A stretch of 64,000 nucleotides of DNA from Paragordius varius. Taxonomy: Eukaryota; Animalia; Nematomorpha. Location of the stretch: the NCBI GenBank assembly GCA_964247055.1, contig OZ176053.1:3844001-3908000 (forward strand), read 5' to 3'. Below the pieces are notes generated by a model that worked only from the letters and a program-made list of their open reading frames with translations, was not told the origin of the DNA and did not search any database. This document shows, one piece after another, positions 13,300 through 30,200 of this stretch. The position numbers and the translations under genes were made by a program. Position 1 is the stretch's first letter, and every line of letters starts with the position of its first letter.

Positions 13300-16200
13300 C
13301 CATACCTCTTTAATAATCAAATTATATTAACCATGAATGTATGGGCAATTATAACAATCAACCAAACATCTTTAACAATCAAATTATATTAACCATGAAT
13401 GTATGGGTAATTACAACAATCAACCATACCTCTTTAATAATCAAATTATATTAACCATGAATGTATGGGCAATTACAACAATCAACCAAACATCTTTAAC
13501 AATCAAATTATATTAAGCCATGATTGTATGGGTAATTACAACAATCATCCATACATCTTTAACAATCAAATTATATTAACCATGATTGTATGGGTAATTA
13601 CAACAATCAACCATACATATTTAATAATCAAATTATATTAACCATGAATGTATGGGCAATTACAACAATCAACCATACATATTTAATAATCAAATTATAT
13701 TAACCATGAATGTATGGGTAATTACAACAATCAACCAAACATCTTTAACAATCAAATTATATTAACCATGATTGTATGGGTAATTACAACAATCAACCAT
13801 ACATATTTAATAATCAAATTATATTAACCATGAATGTATGGGCAATTACAACAATCAACCATACATATTTAATAATCAAATTATATTAACCATGAATGTA
13901 TGGGTAATTACAACAATCAACCAAACATCTTTAACAATCAAATTATATTAAGCCATGATTGTATGGGTAATTACAACAATCATCCATACATCTTTAACAA
14001 TCAAATTATATTAACCATGATTGTATGGGTAATTACAACAATCAACCATACATATTTAATAATCAAATTATATTAACCATGAATGTATGGGTAATTACAA
14101 CAATCAACCAAACATCTTTAACAATCAAATTATATTAAGCCATGATTGTATGGGTAATTACAACAATCATCCATACATCTTTAACAATCAAATTATATTA
14201 ACCATGATTGTATGGGTAATTACAACAATCAACCATACATATTTAATAATCAAATTATATTAACCATGAATGTATGGGCAATTACAACAATCAACCATAC
14301 ATATTTAATAATCAAATTATATTAACCATGAATGTATGGGCAATTACAACAATCAACCATACATATTTAATAATCAAATTATATTAACCATGATTGTATG
14401 GGTAATTACAACAATCAACCATACATATTTAATAATCAAATTATATTAACCATGAATGTATGGGCAATTATAACAATCAACCAAACATCTTTAACAATCA
14501 AATTATATTAAGCCATGATTGTATGGGTAATTACAACAATCATCCATACATCTTTAACAATCAAATTATATTAACCATGATTGTATGGGTAATTACAACA
14601 ATCAACCATACATATTTAATAATCAAATTATATTAACCATGAATGTATAGGCAATTACAACAATCATCCATACCTCTTTAACAATCAAATTATATTAACC
14701 ATGAATCTATGGGTACTTACAACAATCAACCATACCTCTTTAATAATCAAATTATATTAACCATGAATGTATGGGTAATTACAACAATCAACCATACCTC
14801 TTTAATAATCAAATTATATTGACCATGAATGTATGGGTAATTACAACAATCAACCATACCTCTTTAATAATCAAATTATATTAACCATGAATGTATGGGC
14901 AATTATAACAATCAACCAAACATCTTTAACAATCAAATTATATTAACCATGAATGTATGGGTAATTACAACAATCAACCATACCTCTTTAATAATCAAAT
15001 TATATTAACCATGAATGTATGGGCAATTACAACAATCAACCAAACATCTTTAACAATCAAATTATATTAAGCCATGATTGTATGGGTAATTACAACAATC
15101 AACCAAACATCTTTAACAATTAAATTATATTAACCATGAATGTATGGGTAATTACAACAATCAACCATACCTCTTTAATAATCAAATTATATTAACCATG
15201 AATGTATGGGCAATTACAACAATCAACCAAACATCTTTAACAATCAAATTATATTAAGCCATGATTGTATGGGTAATTACAACAATCAACCAAACATCTT
15301 TAACAATTAAATTATATTAACCATGAATCTATGGGTACTTACAACTATCAACCATACCTCTTTAATAATCAAATTATATTAATTATGAATGTATGGGTAA
15401 TTACAACAATCAACCATACCTCTTTAACAATCAAATTATATTAACCATGAATCTATGGGTACTTACAACAATCAACCATACCTCTTTAATAATCAAATTA
15501 TATTAACCATGAATGTATGGGTAATTACAACAATCAACCATACCTCTTTAATAATCAAATTATATTAACCATGAATGTATGGGTAATTATAACAATCAAC
15601 CATACATCTTTAACAATCAAATTATATTAACCATGAATGTATGGGTAATTACAACAATCAACCATACCTCTTTAATAATCAAATTATATTAACCATGAAT
15701 GTATGGGCAATTACAACAATCAACCAAACATCTTTAACAATCAAATTATATTAAGCCATGATTGTATGGGTAATTACAACAATCAACCAAACATCTTTAA
15801 CAATTAAATTATATTAACCATGAATCTATGGGTACTTACAACTATCAACCATACCTCTTTAATAATCAAATTATATTAATTATGAATGTATGGGTAATTA
15901 CAACAATCAACCATACCTCTTTAACAATCAAATTATATTAAGCCATGATTGTATGGGTAATTACAACAATCATCCATACATCTTTAACAATCAAATTATA
16001 TTAAGCCATGATTGTATGGGTAATTAACATCTTTAACAATCAAATTATATTAAGCCATGAATGTATGGGTAATTACAACAATCAACCATACCTCTTTAAT
16101 AATCAAATTATATTAACCATGAATGTATGGGTAATTACAACAATCAACCATACCTCTTTAATAATCAAATTATATTAACCATGAATGTATGGGTAATTAC

Positions 16201-19200
16201 AACAATCAACCATACCTCTTTAATAATCAAATTATATTAACCATGAATGTATGGGCAATTACAACAATCAACCATACCTCTTTAATAATCAAATTATATT
16301 AACCATGAATGTATGGGTAATTACAACAATCAACCATACCTCTTTAATAATCAAATTATATTAACCATGAATGTATGGGTAATTATAACAATCAACCATA
16401 CATCTTTAACAATCAAATTATATTAACCATGAATGTATGGGTAATTACAACAATCAACCATACCTCTTTAATAATCAAATTATATTAACCATGAATGTAT
16501 AGGCAATTACAACAATCATCCATACCTCTTTAACAATCAAATTATATTAACCATGAATCTATGGGTACTTACAACAATCAACCATACCTCTTTAATAATC
16601 AAATTATATTAACCATGAATGTATGGGTAATTACAACAATCAACCATACCTCTTTAATAATCAAATTATATTAACCATGAATGTATGGGCAATTACAACA
16701 ATCAACCATACCTCTTTAATAATCAAATTATATTAACCATGAATGTATGGGTAATTACAACAATCAACCATACCTCTTTAATAATCAAATTATATTAACC
16801 ATGAATGTATGGGTAATTATAACAATCAACCATACATCTTTAACAATCAAATTATATTAACCATGAATGTATGGGTAATTACAACAATCAACCATACCTC
16901 TTTAATAATCAAATTATATTAACCATGAATGTATGGGCAATTACAACAATCAACCAAACATCTTTAACAATCAAATTATATTAAGCCATGATTGTATGGG
17001 TAATTACAACAATCAACCAAACATCTTTAACAATTAAATTATATTAACCATGAATCTATGGGTACTTACAACTATCAACCATACCTCTTTAATAATCAAA
17101 TTATATTAATTATGAATGTATGGGTAATTACAACAATCAACCATACCTCTTTAACAATCAAATTATATTAAGCCATGATTGTATGGGTAATTACAACAAT
17201 CATCCATACATCTTTAACAATCAAATTATATTAAGCCATGATTGTATGGGTAATTAACATCTTTAACAATCAAATTATATTAAGCCATGAATGTATGGGT
17301 AATTACAACAATCAACCATACCTCTTTAATAATCAAATTATATTAACCATGAATGTATGGGTAATTACAACAATCAACCATACCTCTTTAATAATCAAAT
17401 TATATTAACCATGAATGTATGGGTAATTACAACAATCAACCATACCTCTTTAATAATCAAATTATATTAACCATGAATGTATGGGCAATTATAACATTCA
17501 ACCAAACATCTTTAACAATCAAATTATATTAAGCCATGATTGTATGGGTAATTACAACAATCATCCATACCTCTTTAACAATCAAATTATATTAACCATG
17601 ATTGTATGGGTAATTATAACAATCAACCATACATATTTAATAATCAAATTATATTAACCATGAATGTATGGGTAATTACAACAATCAACCATACCTCTTT
17701 AATAATCAAATTATATTAACCATGAATGTATGGGCAATTATAACAATCAACCATACATCTTTAACAATCAAATTATATTAACCATGAATGTATGGGTAAT
17801 TATAACAATCAACCATACATATTTAATAATCAAATTATATTAACCATGAATGTATGGGTAATTACAACAATCAACCATACCTCTTTAATAATCAAATTAT
17901 ATTAACCATGAATGTATGGGCAATTATAACAATCAACCATACATCTTTAACAATCAAATTATATTAAGCCATGATTGTATGGGTAATTACAACAATCATC
18001 CATACATCTTTAACAATCAAATTATATTAACCATGATTGTATGGGTAATTACAACAATCAACCATACATATTTAATAATCAAATTATATTGACCATGAAT
18101 GTATGGGTAATTACAACAATCAACCAAACATCTTTAACAATCAAATTATATTAAGCCATGATTGTATGGGTAATTACAACAATCATCCATACCTCTTTAA
18201 CAATCAAATTATAATAACCATGATTGTATGGGTAATTATAACAATCAACCATACATATTTAATAATCAAATTATATTAACCATGAATGTATGGGTAATTA
18301 CAACAATCAACCATACCTCTTTAATAATCAAATTATATTAACCATGAATGTATGGGCAATTATAACAATCAACCATACATCTTTAACAATCAAATTATAT
18401 TAACCATGAATGTATGGGTAATTACAACAATCAACCATACATCTTTAACAATCAAATTATATTAACCATGAATGTATGGGTAATTACAACAATCAACCAT
18501 ACCTCTTTAATAATCAAATTATATTAACCATGAATGTATGGGCAATTACAACAATCAACCAAACATCTTTAACAATCAAATTATATTAAGCCATGATTGT
18601 ATGGGTAATTACAACAATCATCCATACCTCTTTAACAATCAAATTATATTAACCATGATTGTATGGGTAATTATAACAATCAACCATACATATTTAATAA
18701 TCAAATTATATTAACCATGAATGTATGGGTAATTACAACAATCAACCATACCTCTTTAATAATCAAATTATATTAACCATGAATGTATGGGTAATTACAA
18801 CAATCAACCATACCTCTTTAATAATCAAATTATATTAACCATGAATGTATGGGCAATTATAACAATCAACCAAACATCTTTAACAATCAAATTATATTAA
18901 CCATGAATGTATGGGTAATTACAACAATCAACCATACCTCTTTAATAATCAAATTATATTAACCATGAATGTATGGGCAATTACAACAATCAACCAAACA
19001 TCTTTAACAATCAAATTATATTAAGCCATGATTGTATGGGTAATTACAACAATCATCCATACATCTTTAACAATCAAATTATATTAACCATGATTGTATG
19101 GGTAATTACAACAATCAACCATACATATTTAATAATCAAATTATATTAACCATGAATGTATGGGCAATTACAACAATCAACCATACATATTTAATAATCA

Positions 19201-22200
19201 AATTATATTAACCATGAATGTATGGGTAATTACAACAATCAACCAAACATCTTTAACAATCAAATTATATTAACCATGATTGTATGGGTAATTACAACAA
19301 TCAACCATACATATTTAATAATCAAATTATATTAACCATGAATGTATGGGCAATTACAACAATCAACCATACATATTTAATAATCAAATTATATTAACCA
19401 TGAATGTATGGGTAATTACAACAATCAACCAAACATCTTTAACAATCAAATTATATTAAGCCATGATTGTATGGGTAATTACAACAATCATCCATACATC
19501 TTTAACAATCAAATTATATTAACCATGATTGTATGGGTAATTACAACAATCAACCATACATATTTAATAATCAAATTATATTAACCATGAATGTATGGGT
19601 AATTACAACAATCAACCAAACATCTTTAACAATCAAATTATATTAAGCCATGATTGTATGGGTAATTACAACAATCATCCATACATCTTTAACAATCAAA
19701 TTATATTAACCATGATTGTATGGGTAATTACAACAATCAACCATACATATTTAATAATCAAATTATATTAACCATGAATGTATGGGCAATTACAACAATC
19801 AACCATACATATTTAATAATCAAATTATATTAACCATGAATGTATGGGCAATTACAACAATCAACCATACATATTTAATAATCAAATTATATTAACCATG
19901 ATTGTATGGGTAATTACAACAATCAACCATACATATTTAATAATCAAATTATATTAACCATGAATGTATGGGCAATTATAACAATCAACCAAACATCTTT
20001 AACAATCAAATTATATTAAGCCATGATTGTATGGGTAATTACAACAATCATCCATACATCTTTAACAATCAAATTATATTAACCATGATTGTATGGGTAA
20101 TTACAACAATCAACCATACATATTTAATAATCAAATTATATTAACCATGAATGTATAGGCAATTACAACAATCATCCATACCTCTTTAACAATCAAATTA
20201 TATTAACCATGAATCTATGGGTACTTACAACAATCAACCATACCTCTTTAATAATCAAATTATATTAACCATGAATGTATGGGTAATTACAACAATCAAC
20301 CATACCTCTTTAATAATCAAATTATATTGACCATGAATGTATGGGTAATTACAACAATCAACCATACCTCTTTAATAATCAAATTATATTAACCATGAAT
20401 GTATGGGCAATTATAACAATCAACCAAACATCTTTAACAATCAAATTATATTAACCATGAATGTATGGGTAATTACAACAATCAACCATACCTCTTTAAT
20501 AATCAAATTATATTAACCATGAATGTATGGGCAATTACAACAATCAACCATACCTCTTTAATAATCAAATTATATTAACCATGAATGTATGGGTAATTAC
20601 AACAATCAACCATACCTCTTTAATAATCAAATTATATTAACCATGAATGTATGGGTAATTATAACAATCAACCATACATCTTTAACAATCAAATTATATT
20701 AACCATGAATGTATGGGTAATTACAACAATCAACCATACCTCTTTAATAATCAAATTATATTAACCATGAATGTATGGGCAATTACAACAATCAACCAAA
20801 CATCTTTAACAATCAAATTATATTAAGCCATGATTGTATGGGTAATTACAACAATCAACCAAACATCTTTAACAATTAAATTATATTAACCATGAATCTA
20901 TGGGTACTTACAACTATCAACCATACCTCTTTAATAATCAAATTATATTAATTATGAATGTATGGGTAATTACAACAATCAACCATACCTCTTTAACAAT
21001 CAAATTATATTAAGCCATGATTGTATGGGTAATTACAACAATCATCCATACATCTTTAACAATCAAATTATATTAAGCCATGATTGTATGGGTAATTAAC
21101 ATCTTTAACAATCAAATTATATTAAGCCATGAATGTATGGGTAATTACAACAATCAACCATACCTCTTTAATAATCAAATTATATTAACCATGAATGTAT
21201 GGGTAATTACAACAATCAACCATACCTCTTTAATAATCAAATTATATTAACCATGAATGTATGGGTAATTACAACAATCAACCATACCTCTTTAATAATC
21301 AAATTATATTAACCATGAATGTATGGGCAATTATAACATTCAACCAAACATCTTTAACAATCAAATTATATTAAGCCATGATTGTATGGGTAATTACAAC
21401 AATCATCCATACCTCTTTAACAATCAAATTATATTAACCATGATTGTATGGGTAATTATAACAATCAACCATACATATTTAATAATCAAATTATATTAAC
21501 CATGAATGTATGGGTAATTACAACAATCAACCATACATATTTAATAATCAAATTATATTAACCATGAATGTATGGGTAATTACAACAATCAACCATACCT
21601 CTTTAATAATCAAATTATATTAACCATGAATGTATGGGCAATTATAACAATCAACCATACATCTTTAACAATCAAATTATATTAACCATGAATGTATGGG
21701 TAATTATAACAATCAACCATACATATTTAATAATCAAATTATATTAACCATGAATGTATGGGTAATTACAACAATCAACCATACCTCTTTAATAATCAAA
21801 TTATATTAACCATGAATGTATGGGCAATTATAACAATCAACCATACATCTTTAACAATCAAATTATATTAAGCCATGATTGTATGGGTAATTACAACAAT
21901 CATCCATACATCTTTAACAATCAAATTATATTAACCATGATTGTATGGGTAATTACAACAATCAACCATACATATTTAATAATCAAATTATATTGACCAT
22001 GAATGTATGGGTAATTACAACAATCAACCAAACATCTTTAACAATCAAATTATATTAAGCCATGATTGTATGGGTAATTACAACAATCATCCATACCTCT
22101 TTAACAATCAAATTATAATAACCATGATTGTATGGGTAATTATAACAATCAACCATACATATTTAATAATCAAATTATATTAACCATGAATGTATGGGTA

Positions 22201-22765
22201 ATTACAACAATCAACCATACCTCTTTAATAATCAAATTATATTAACCATGAATGTATGGGCAATTATAACAATCAACCATACATCTTTAACAATCAAATT
22301 ATATTAACCATGAATGTATGGGTAATTACAACAATCAACCATACATCTTTAACAATCAAATTATATTAACCATGAATGTATGGGTAATTACAACAATCAA
22401 CCATACCTCTTTAATAATCAAATTATATTAACCATGAATGTATGGGCAATTACAACAATCAACCAAACATCTTTAACAATCAAATTATATTAAGCCATGA
22501 TTGTATGGGTAATTACAACAATCATCCATACCTCTTTAACAATCAAATTATATTAACCATGATTGTATGGGTAATTATAACAATCAACCATACATATTTA
22601 ATAATCAAATTATATTAACCATGAATGTATGGGTAATTACAACAATCAACCATACCTCTTTAATAATCAAATTATATTAACCATGAATGTATGGGTAATT
22701 ACAACAATCAACCATACCTCTTTAATAATCAAATTATATTAACCATGAATGTATGGGCAATTATA
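13300..22765 (+). repeat. Interleaved segmental duplications in domain C: block X about 13300-15020 copied at 18810-20525 (offset 5508), block Y about 16680-18860 copied at 20522-22765 (offset 3842/3904)
   Basis: X markers: ATAGGC (AGGC 14649/20157) and ATCTATGG 14705/20213. Y markers: ATCTATGG 17054/20896, 14-bp-deletion monomer 17251/21093, ATAATAACC 18211/22115. Confidence 0.85.
15460..17490 (+). repeat. About 0.8-kb block duplicated at 1230-bp offset (15460-16260 and 16690-17490)
   Basis: ATCTATGG at 15824/17054 and deletion monomer TAATTAACAT at 16021/17251. Confidence 0.85.
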
Positions 22766-24110
22766 ACATTCAACCAAACATCTTTAACAATCAAATTATA
22801 TTAACCATGAATGTATGGATAATTACAACAATCAACCATACCTCTTTAATAATCAAATTATATTAACCATGAATGTATGGGCAATTACAACAATCAACCA
22901 AACATCTTTAACAATCAAATTATATTAAGCCATGATTGTATGGGTAATTATAACAATCAACCATACATATTTAATAATCAAATTATATTAACCATGAATG
23001 TATGGGTAATTACAACAATCAACCATACCTCTTTAATAATCAAATTATATTAACCATGAATGTATGGGTAATTACAACAATCAACCATACCTCTTTAATA
23101 ATCAAATTATATTAACCATGAATGTATGGGCAATTATAACATTCAACCAAACATCTTTAACAATCAAATTATATTAACCATGAATGTATGGGTAATTACA
23201 ACAATCAACCATACCTCTTTAATAATCAAATTATATTAACCATGAATGTATGGGCAATTACAACAATCAACCAAACATCTTTAACAATCAAATTATATTA
23301 AGCCATGATTGTATGGGTAATTATAACAATCAACCATACATATTTAATAATCAAATTATATTAACCATGAATGTATGGGTAATTACAACAATCAACCATA
23401 CCTCTTTAATAATCAAATTATATTAACCATGAATGTATGGGTAATTACAACAATCAACCATACCTCTTTAATAATCAAATTATATTAACCATGAATGTAT
23501 GGGCAATTATAACATTCAACCAAACATCTTTAACAATCAAATTATATTAACCATGAATGTATGGGTAATTACAACAATCAACCATACCTCTTTAATAATC
23601 AAATTATATTAACCATGAATGTATGGGCAATTACAACAATCAACCAAACATCTTTAACAATCAACATATATTAAGCCATGATTGTATGGGTAATTATAAC
23701 AATCAACCATACATATTTAATAATCAAATTATATTAACCATGAATGTATGGGTAATTACAACAATCAACCATACCTCTTTAATAATCAAATTATATTAAC
23801 CATGAATGTATGGGTAATTACAACAATCAACCATACCTCTTTAATAATCAAATTATATTAACCATGAATGTATGGGCAATTATAACATTCAACCAAACAT
23901 CTTTAACAATCAAATTATATTAACCATGAATGTATGGGTAATTACAACAATCAACCATACCTCTTTAATAATCATATTATATTAACCATGAATGTATGGG
24001 CAATTACAACAATCAACCAAACATCTTTAACAATCAAATTATATTAAGCCATGATTGTATGGGTAATTATAACAATCAACCATACATATTTAATAATCAA
24101 ATTATATTAA
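22620..24110 (+). repeat. Regular 6-mer higher-order repeat, 373 bp, four tandem copies
   Basis: Marker AACATTC at 22765, 23138, 23511 and 23884 (spacing 373 = 5x62+63). The same 373 spacing occurs at 11613/11986. Confidence 0.92.
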
Positions 24111-25799
24111 CCATGAATGTATGGGTAATTACAACAATCAACCATACCTCTTTAATAATCAAATTATATTAACCATGAATGTATGGGTAATTACAACAAT
24201 CAACCATACCTCTTTAATAATCAAATTATATTAACCATGAATGTATGGGCAATTACAACAATCAACCAAACATCTTTAACAATCAAATTATATTAAGCCA
24301 TGATTGTATGGGTAATTATAACAATCAACCATACATATTTAATAATCAAATTATATTAACCATGAATGTATGGGTAATTACAACAATCAACCATACCTCT
24401 TTAATAATCAAATTATATTGACCATGAATGTATGGGTAATTACAACAATCAACCATACCTCTTTAATAATCAAATTATATTAACCATGAATGTATGGGCA
24501 ATTACAACAATCAACCAAACATCTTTAACAATCAAATTATATTAAGCCATGATTGTATGGGTAATTACAACAATCATCCATACCTCTTTAACAATCAAAT
24601 TATATTAACCATGATTGTATGGGTAATTATAACAATCAACCATACATATTTAATAATCAAATTATATTAACCATGAATGTATAGGTAATTACAACAATCA
24701 ACCATACCTCTTTAATAATCAAATTATATTAACCATGAATGTATGGGTAATTACAACAATCAACCATACCTCTTTAATAATCAAATTATATTAACCATGA
24801 ATGTATCAGCAATTATAACAATCAACCAAACATCTTTAACAATCAAATTATATTAACCATGAATGTATGGGTAATTACAACAATCAACCATACCTCTTTA
24901 ATATTCAAATTATATTAACCATGAATGTATGGGTAATTACAACAATCAACCATACCTCTTTAACAATTAAATTATATTAACCATGATTGTTTGGGTAATT
25001 ACAACAATCAACCATACCTCTTTAATAATCAAATTATATTAACCATGAATGTATCAGCAATTATAACAATCAACCAAACATCTTTAACAATCAAATTATA
25101 TTAACCATGAATGTATGGGTAATTACAACAATCAACCATACCTCTTTAATATTCAAATTATATTAACCATGAATGTATGGGTAATTACAACAATCTACCA
25201 TACCTCTTTAACAATTAAATTATATTAACCATGATTGTTTGGGTAATTACAACAATCATCCATACCTCTTTAACAATCAAATTATATTAACCATGAATCT
25301 ATGGGTACTTACAACAATCAACCATACCTCTTTAATAATCAAATTATATTAACCATGAATGTATGGGCAATTACAACAATCAACCAAACATCTTTAACAA
25401 TCAAATTATATTAAGCCATGATTGTATGGGTAATTATAACAATCAACCATACATATTTAATAATCAAATTATATTAACCATGAATGTATGGGTAATTACA
25501 ACAATCAACCATACCTCTTTAATAATCAAATTATATTGACCATGAATGTATGGGTAATTACAACAATCAACCATACCTCTTTAATAATCAAATTATATTA
25601 ACCATGAATGTTTGGGCAATTACAACAATCAACCATACCTCTTTAATAATCAAATTATATTGACCATGAATGTATGGGTAATTACAACAATCAACCATAC
25701 CTCTTTAATAATCAAATTATATTAACCATGAATGTATGGGTAATTACAACAATCAACCATACCTCTTTAATAATCAAATTATATTAACCATGAATGTAT

Positions 25800-27250
25800 G
25801 GGCAATTACAACAATCAACCAAACATCTTTAACAATCAAATTATATTAAGCCATGATTGTATGGGTAATTATAACAATCAACCATACATATTTAATAATC
25901 AAATTATATTAACCATGAATGTATGGGTAATTACAACAATCAACCATACCTCTTTAATAATCAAATTATATTGACCATGAATGTATGGGTAATTACAACA
26001 ATCAACCATACCTCTTTAATAATCAAATTATATTAACCATGAATGTATGGGCAATTACAACAATCAACCAAACATCTTTAACAATCAAATTATATTAACC
26101 ATGATTGTATGGGTAATTATAACAATCAACCATACATATTTAATAATCAAATTATATTAACCATGAATGTATGGGTAATTACAACAATCAACCATACATA
26201 TTTAATAATCAAATTATATTAACCATGAATGTATGGGTAATTACAACAATCAACCATACCTCTTTAATAATCAAATTATATTAACCATGAATGTATGGGT
26301 AATTACAACAATCAACCATACCTCTTTAATAATCAAATTATATTAACCATGAATGTATGGGCAATTACAACAATCAACCAAACATCTTTAACAATCAAAT
26401 TATATTAAGCCATGATTGTATGGGTAATTATAACAATCAACCATACATATTTAATAATCAAATTATATTAACCATGAATGTATGGGTAATTACAACAATC
26501 AACCATACCTCTTTAATAATCAAATTATATTAACCATGAATGTATGGGTAATTACAACAATCAACCATACCTCTTTAATAATCAAATTATATTAACCATG
26601 AATGTATGGGCAATTACAACAATCAACCAAACATCTTTAACAATCAAATTATATTAAGCCATGATTGTATGGGTAATTATAACAATCAACCATACATATT
26701 TAATAATCAAATTATATTAACCATGAATGTATGGGTAATTACAACAATCAACCATACCTCTTTAATAATCAAATTATATTGACCATGAATGTATGGGTAA
26801 TTACAACAATCAACCATACCTCTTTAATAATCAAATTATATTAACCATGAATGTATGGGCAATTACAACAATCAACCAAACATCTTTAACAATCAAATTA
26901 TATTAACCATGATTGTATGGGTAATTATAACAATCAACCATACATATTTAATAATCAAATTATATTAACCATGAATGTATGGGTAATTACAACAATCAAC
27001 CATACATATTTAATAATCAAATTATATTAACCATGAATGTATGGGTAATTACAACAATCAACCATACCTCTTTAATAATCAAATTATATTAACCATGAAT
27101 GTATGGGTAATTACAACAATCAACCATACCTCTTTAATAATCAAATTATATTAACCATGAATGTATGGGTAATTACAACAATCAACCATACCTCTTTAAT
27201 AATCAAATTATATTAACCATGAATGTATGGGCAATTACAACAATCAACCA
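25800..27250 (+). repeat. 13-mer (808-bp) tandem duplication built from 4- and 5-mer sub-units
   Basis: P monomer GGC at 25801/26609 and the G-less P variant at 26041/26849 share the same downstream monomer order. Confidence 0.8.
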
Positions 27251-30200
27251 AACATCTTTAACAATCAAATTATATTAAGCCATGATTGTATGGGTAATTA
27301 TAACAATCAACCATACATATTTAATAATCAAATTATATTAACCATGAATGTATGGGTAATTACAACAATCAACCATACCTCTTTAATAATCAAATTATAT
27401 TGACCATGAATGTATGGGTAATTACAACAATCAACCATACCTCTTTAATAATCAAATTATATTAACCATGAATGTATGGGCAATTACAACAATCAACCAA
27501 ACATCTTTAACAATCAAATTATATTAAGCCATGATTGTATGGGTAATTACAACAATCATCCATACCTCTTTAACAATCAAATTATATTAACCATGATTGT
27601 ATGGGTAATTATAACAATCAACCATACATATTTAATAATCAAATTATATTAACCATGAATGTATAGGTAATTACAACAATCAACCATACCTCTTTAATAA
27701 TCAAATTATATTGACCATGAATGTATGGGTAATTACAACAATCAACCATACCTCTTTAATAATCAAATTATATTAACCATGAATGTATCAGCAATTATAA
27801 CAATCAACCAAACATCTTTAACAATCAAATTATATTAACCATGAATGTATGGGTAATTACAACAATCAACCATACCTCTTTAATATTCAAATTATATTAA
27901 CCATGAATGTATGGGTAATTACAACAATCAACCATACCTCTTTAACAATTAAATTATATTAACCATGATTGTTTGGGTAATTACAACAATCAACCATACC
28001 TCTTTAATAATCAAATTATATTAACCATGAATGTATCAGCAATTATAACAATCAACCAAACATCTTTAACAATCAAATTATATTAACCATGAATGTATGG
28101 GTAATTACAACAATCAACCATACCTCTTTAATATTCAAATTATATTAACCATGAATGTATGGGTAATTACAACAATCAACCATACCTCTTTAACAATTAA
28201 ATTATATTAACCATGATTGTTTGGGTAATTACAACAATCATCCATACCTCTTTAACAATCAAATTATATTAACCATGAATCTATGGGTACTTACAGCAAT
28301 CAACCATACCTCTTTAATAATCAAATTATATTAACCATGAATGTATGGGTAATTACAACAATCAACCATACCTCTTTAATAATCAAATTATATTGACCAT
28401 GAATGTATGGGTAATTACAACAATCAACCATACCTCTTTAATAATCAAATTATATTAACCATGAATGTATGGGTAATTACAACAATCAACCATACCTCTT
28501 TAATAATCAAATTATATTAACCATGAATGTATGGGTAATTACAACAATCAACCATACCTCTTTAATAATCAAATTATATTGACCATGAATGTATGGGTAA
28601 TTACAACAATCATCCATACATCTTTAACAATCAAATTATATTAACCTTGATTGTATGGGTAATTACAACAATCAACCATACATATTTAATAATCAAATTA
28701 TATTAACCATGAATGTATGGGTAATTACAACAATCAACCAAACATCTTTAACAATCAAATTATATTAAGCCATGATTGTATGGGTAATTACAACAATCAT
28801 CCATACATCTTTAACAATCAAATTATATTAACCATGATTGTATGGGTAATTACAACAATCAACCATACATATTTAATAATCAAATTATATTAACCATGAA
28901 TGTATGGGCAATTACAACAATCAACCATACATATTTAATAATCAAATTATATTAACCATGAATGTATGGGCAATTACAACAATCAACCATACATATTTAA
29001 TAATCAAATTATATTAACCATGAATGTATGGGTAATTACAACAATCAACCATACCTCTTTAATAATCAAATTATATTGACCATGAATGTATGGGTAATTA
29101 CAACAATCAACCATACCTCTTTAATAATCAAATTATATTAACCATGAATGTATGGGCAATTATAACAATCAACCAAACATCTTTAACAATCAAATTATAT
29201 TAACCATGAATGTATGGGTAATTACAACAATCAACCATACCTCTTTAATAATCAAATTATATTAACCATGAATGTATGGGTAATTACAACAATCAACCAT
29301 ACCTCTTTAATAATCAAATTATATTAACCATGAATGTATGGGTAATTACAACAATCAACCATACCTCTTTAATAATCAAATTATATTAACCATGAATGTA
29401 TGGGTAATTATAACAATCAACCATACATCTTTAACAATCAAATTATATTAACCATGAATGTATGGGTAATTACAACAATCAACCATACCTCTTTAATAAT
29501 CAAATTATATTAACCATGAATGTATGGGCAATTACAACAATCAACCAAACATCTTTAACAATCAAATTATATTAAGCCATGATTGTATGGGTAATTACAA
29601 CAATCAACCAAACATCTTTAACAATTAAATTATATTAACCATGAATCTATGGGTACTTACAACAATCATCCATACATCTTTAACAATCAAATTATATTAA
29701 GCCATGATTGTATGGGTAATTACAACAATCATCCATACATCTTTAACAATCAAATTATATTAACCATGATTGTATGGGTAATTACAACAATCAACCATAC
29801 ATATTTAATAATCAAATTATATTAACCATGAATGTATGGGTAATTACAACAATCAACCAAACATCTTTAACAATCAAATTATATTAAGCCATGATTGTAT
29901 GGGTAATTACAACAATCATCCATACATCTTTAACAATCAAATTATATTAACCATGATTGTATGGGTAATTACAACAATCAACCATACATATTTAATAATC
30001 AAATTATATTAACCATGAATGTATGGGCAATTAGAACAATCAACCATACATATTCAATAATCAAATTATATTAACCATGAATGTATGGGTAATTACAACA
30101 ATCAACCAAACATCTTTAACCATCAAATTATATTAAGCCATGATTGTATGGGTAATTACAACAATCATCCATACATCTTTAACAATCAAATTATATTAAC

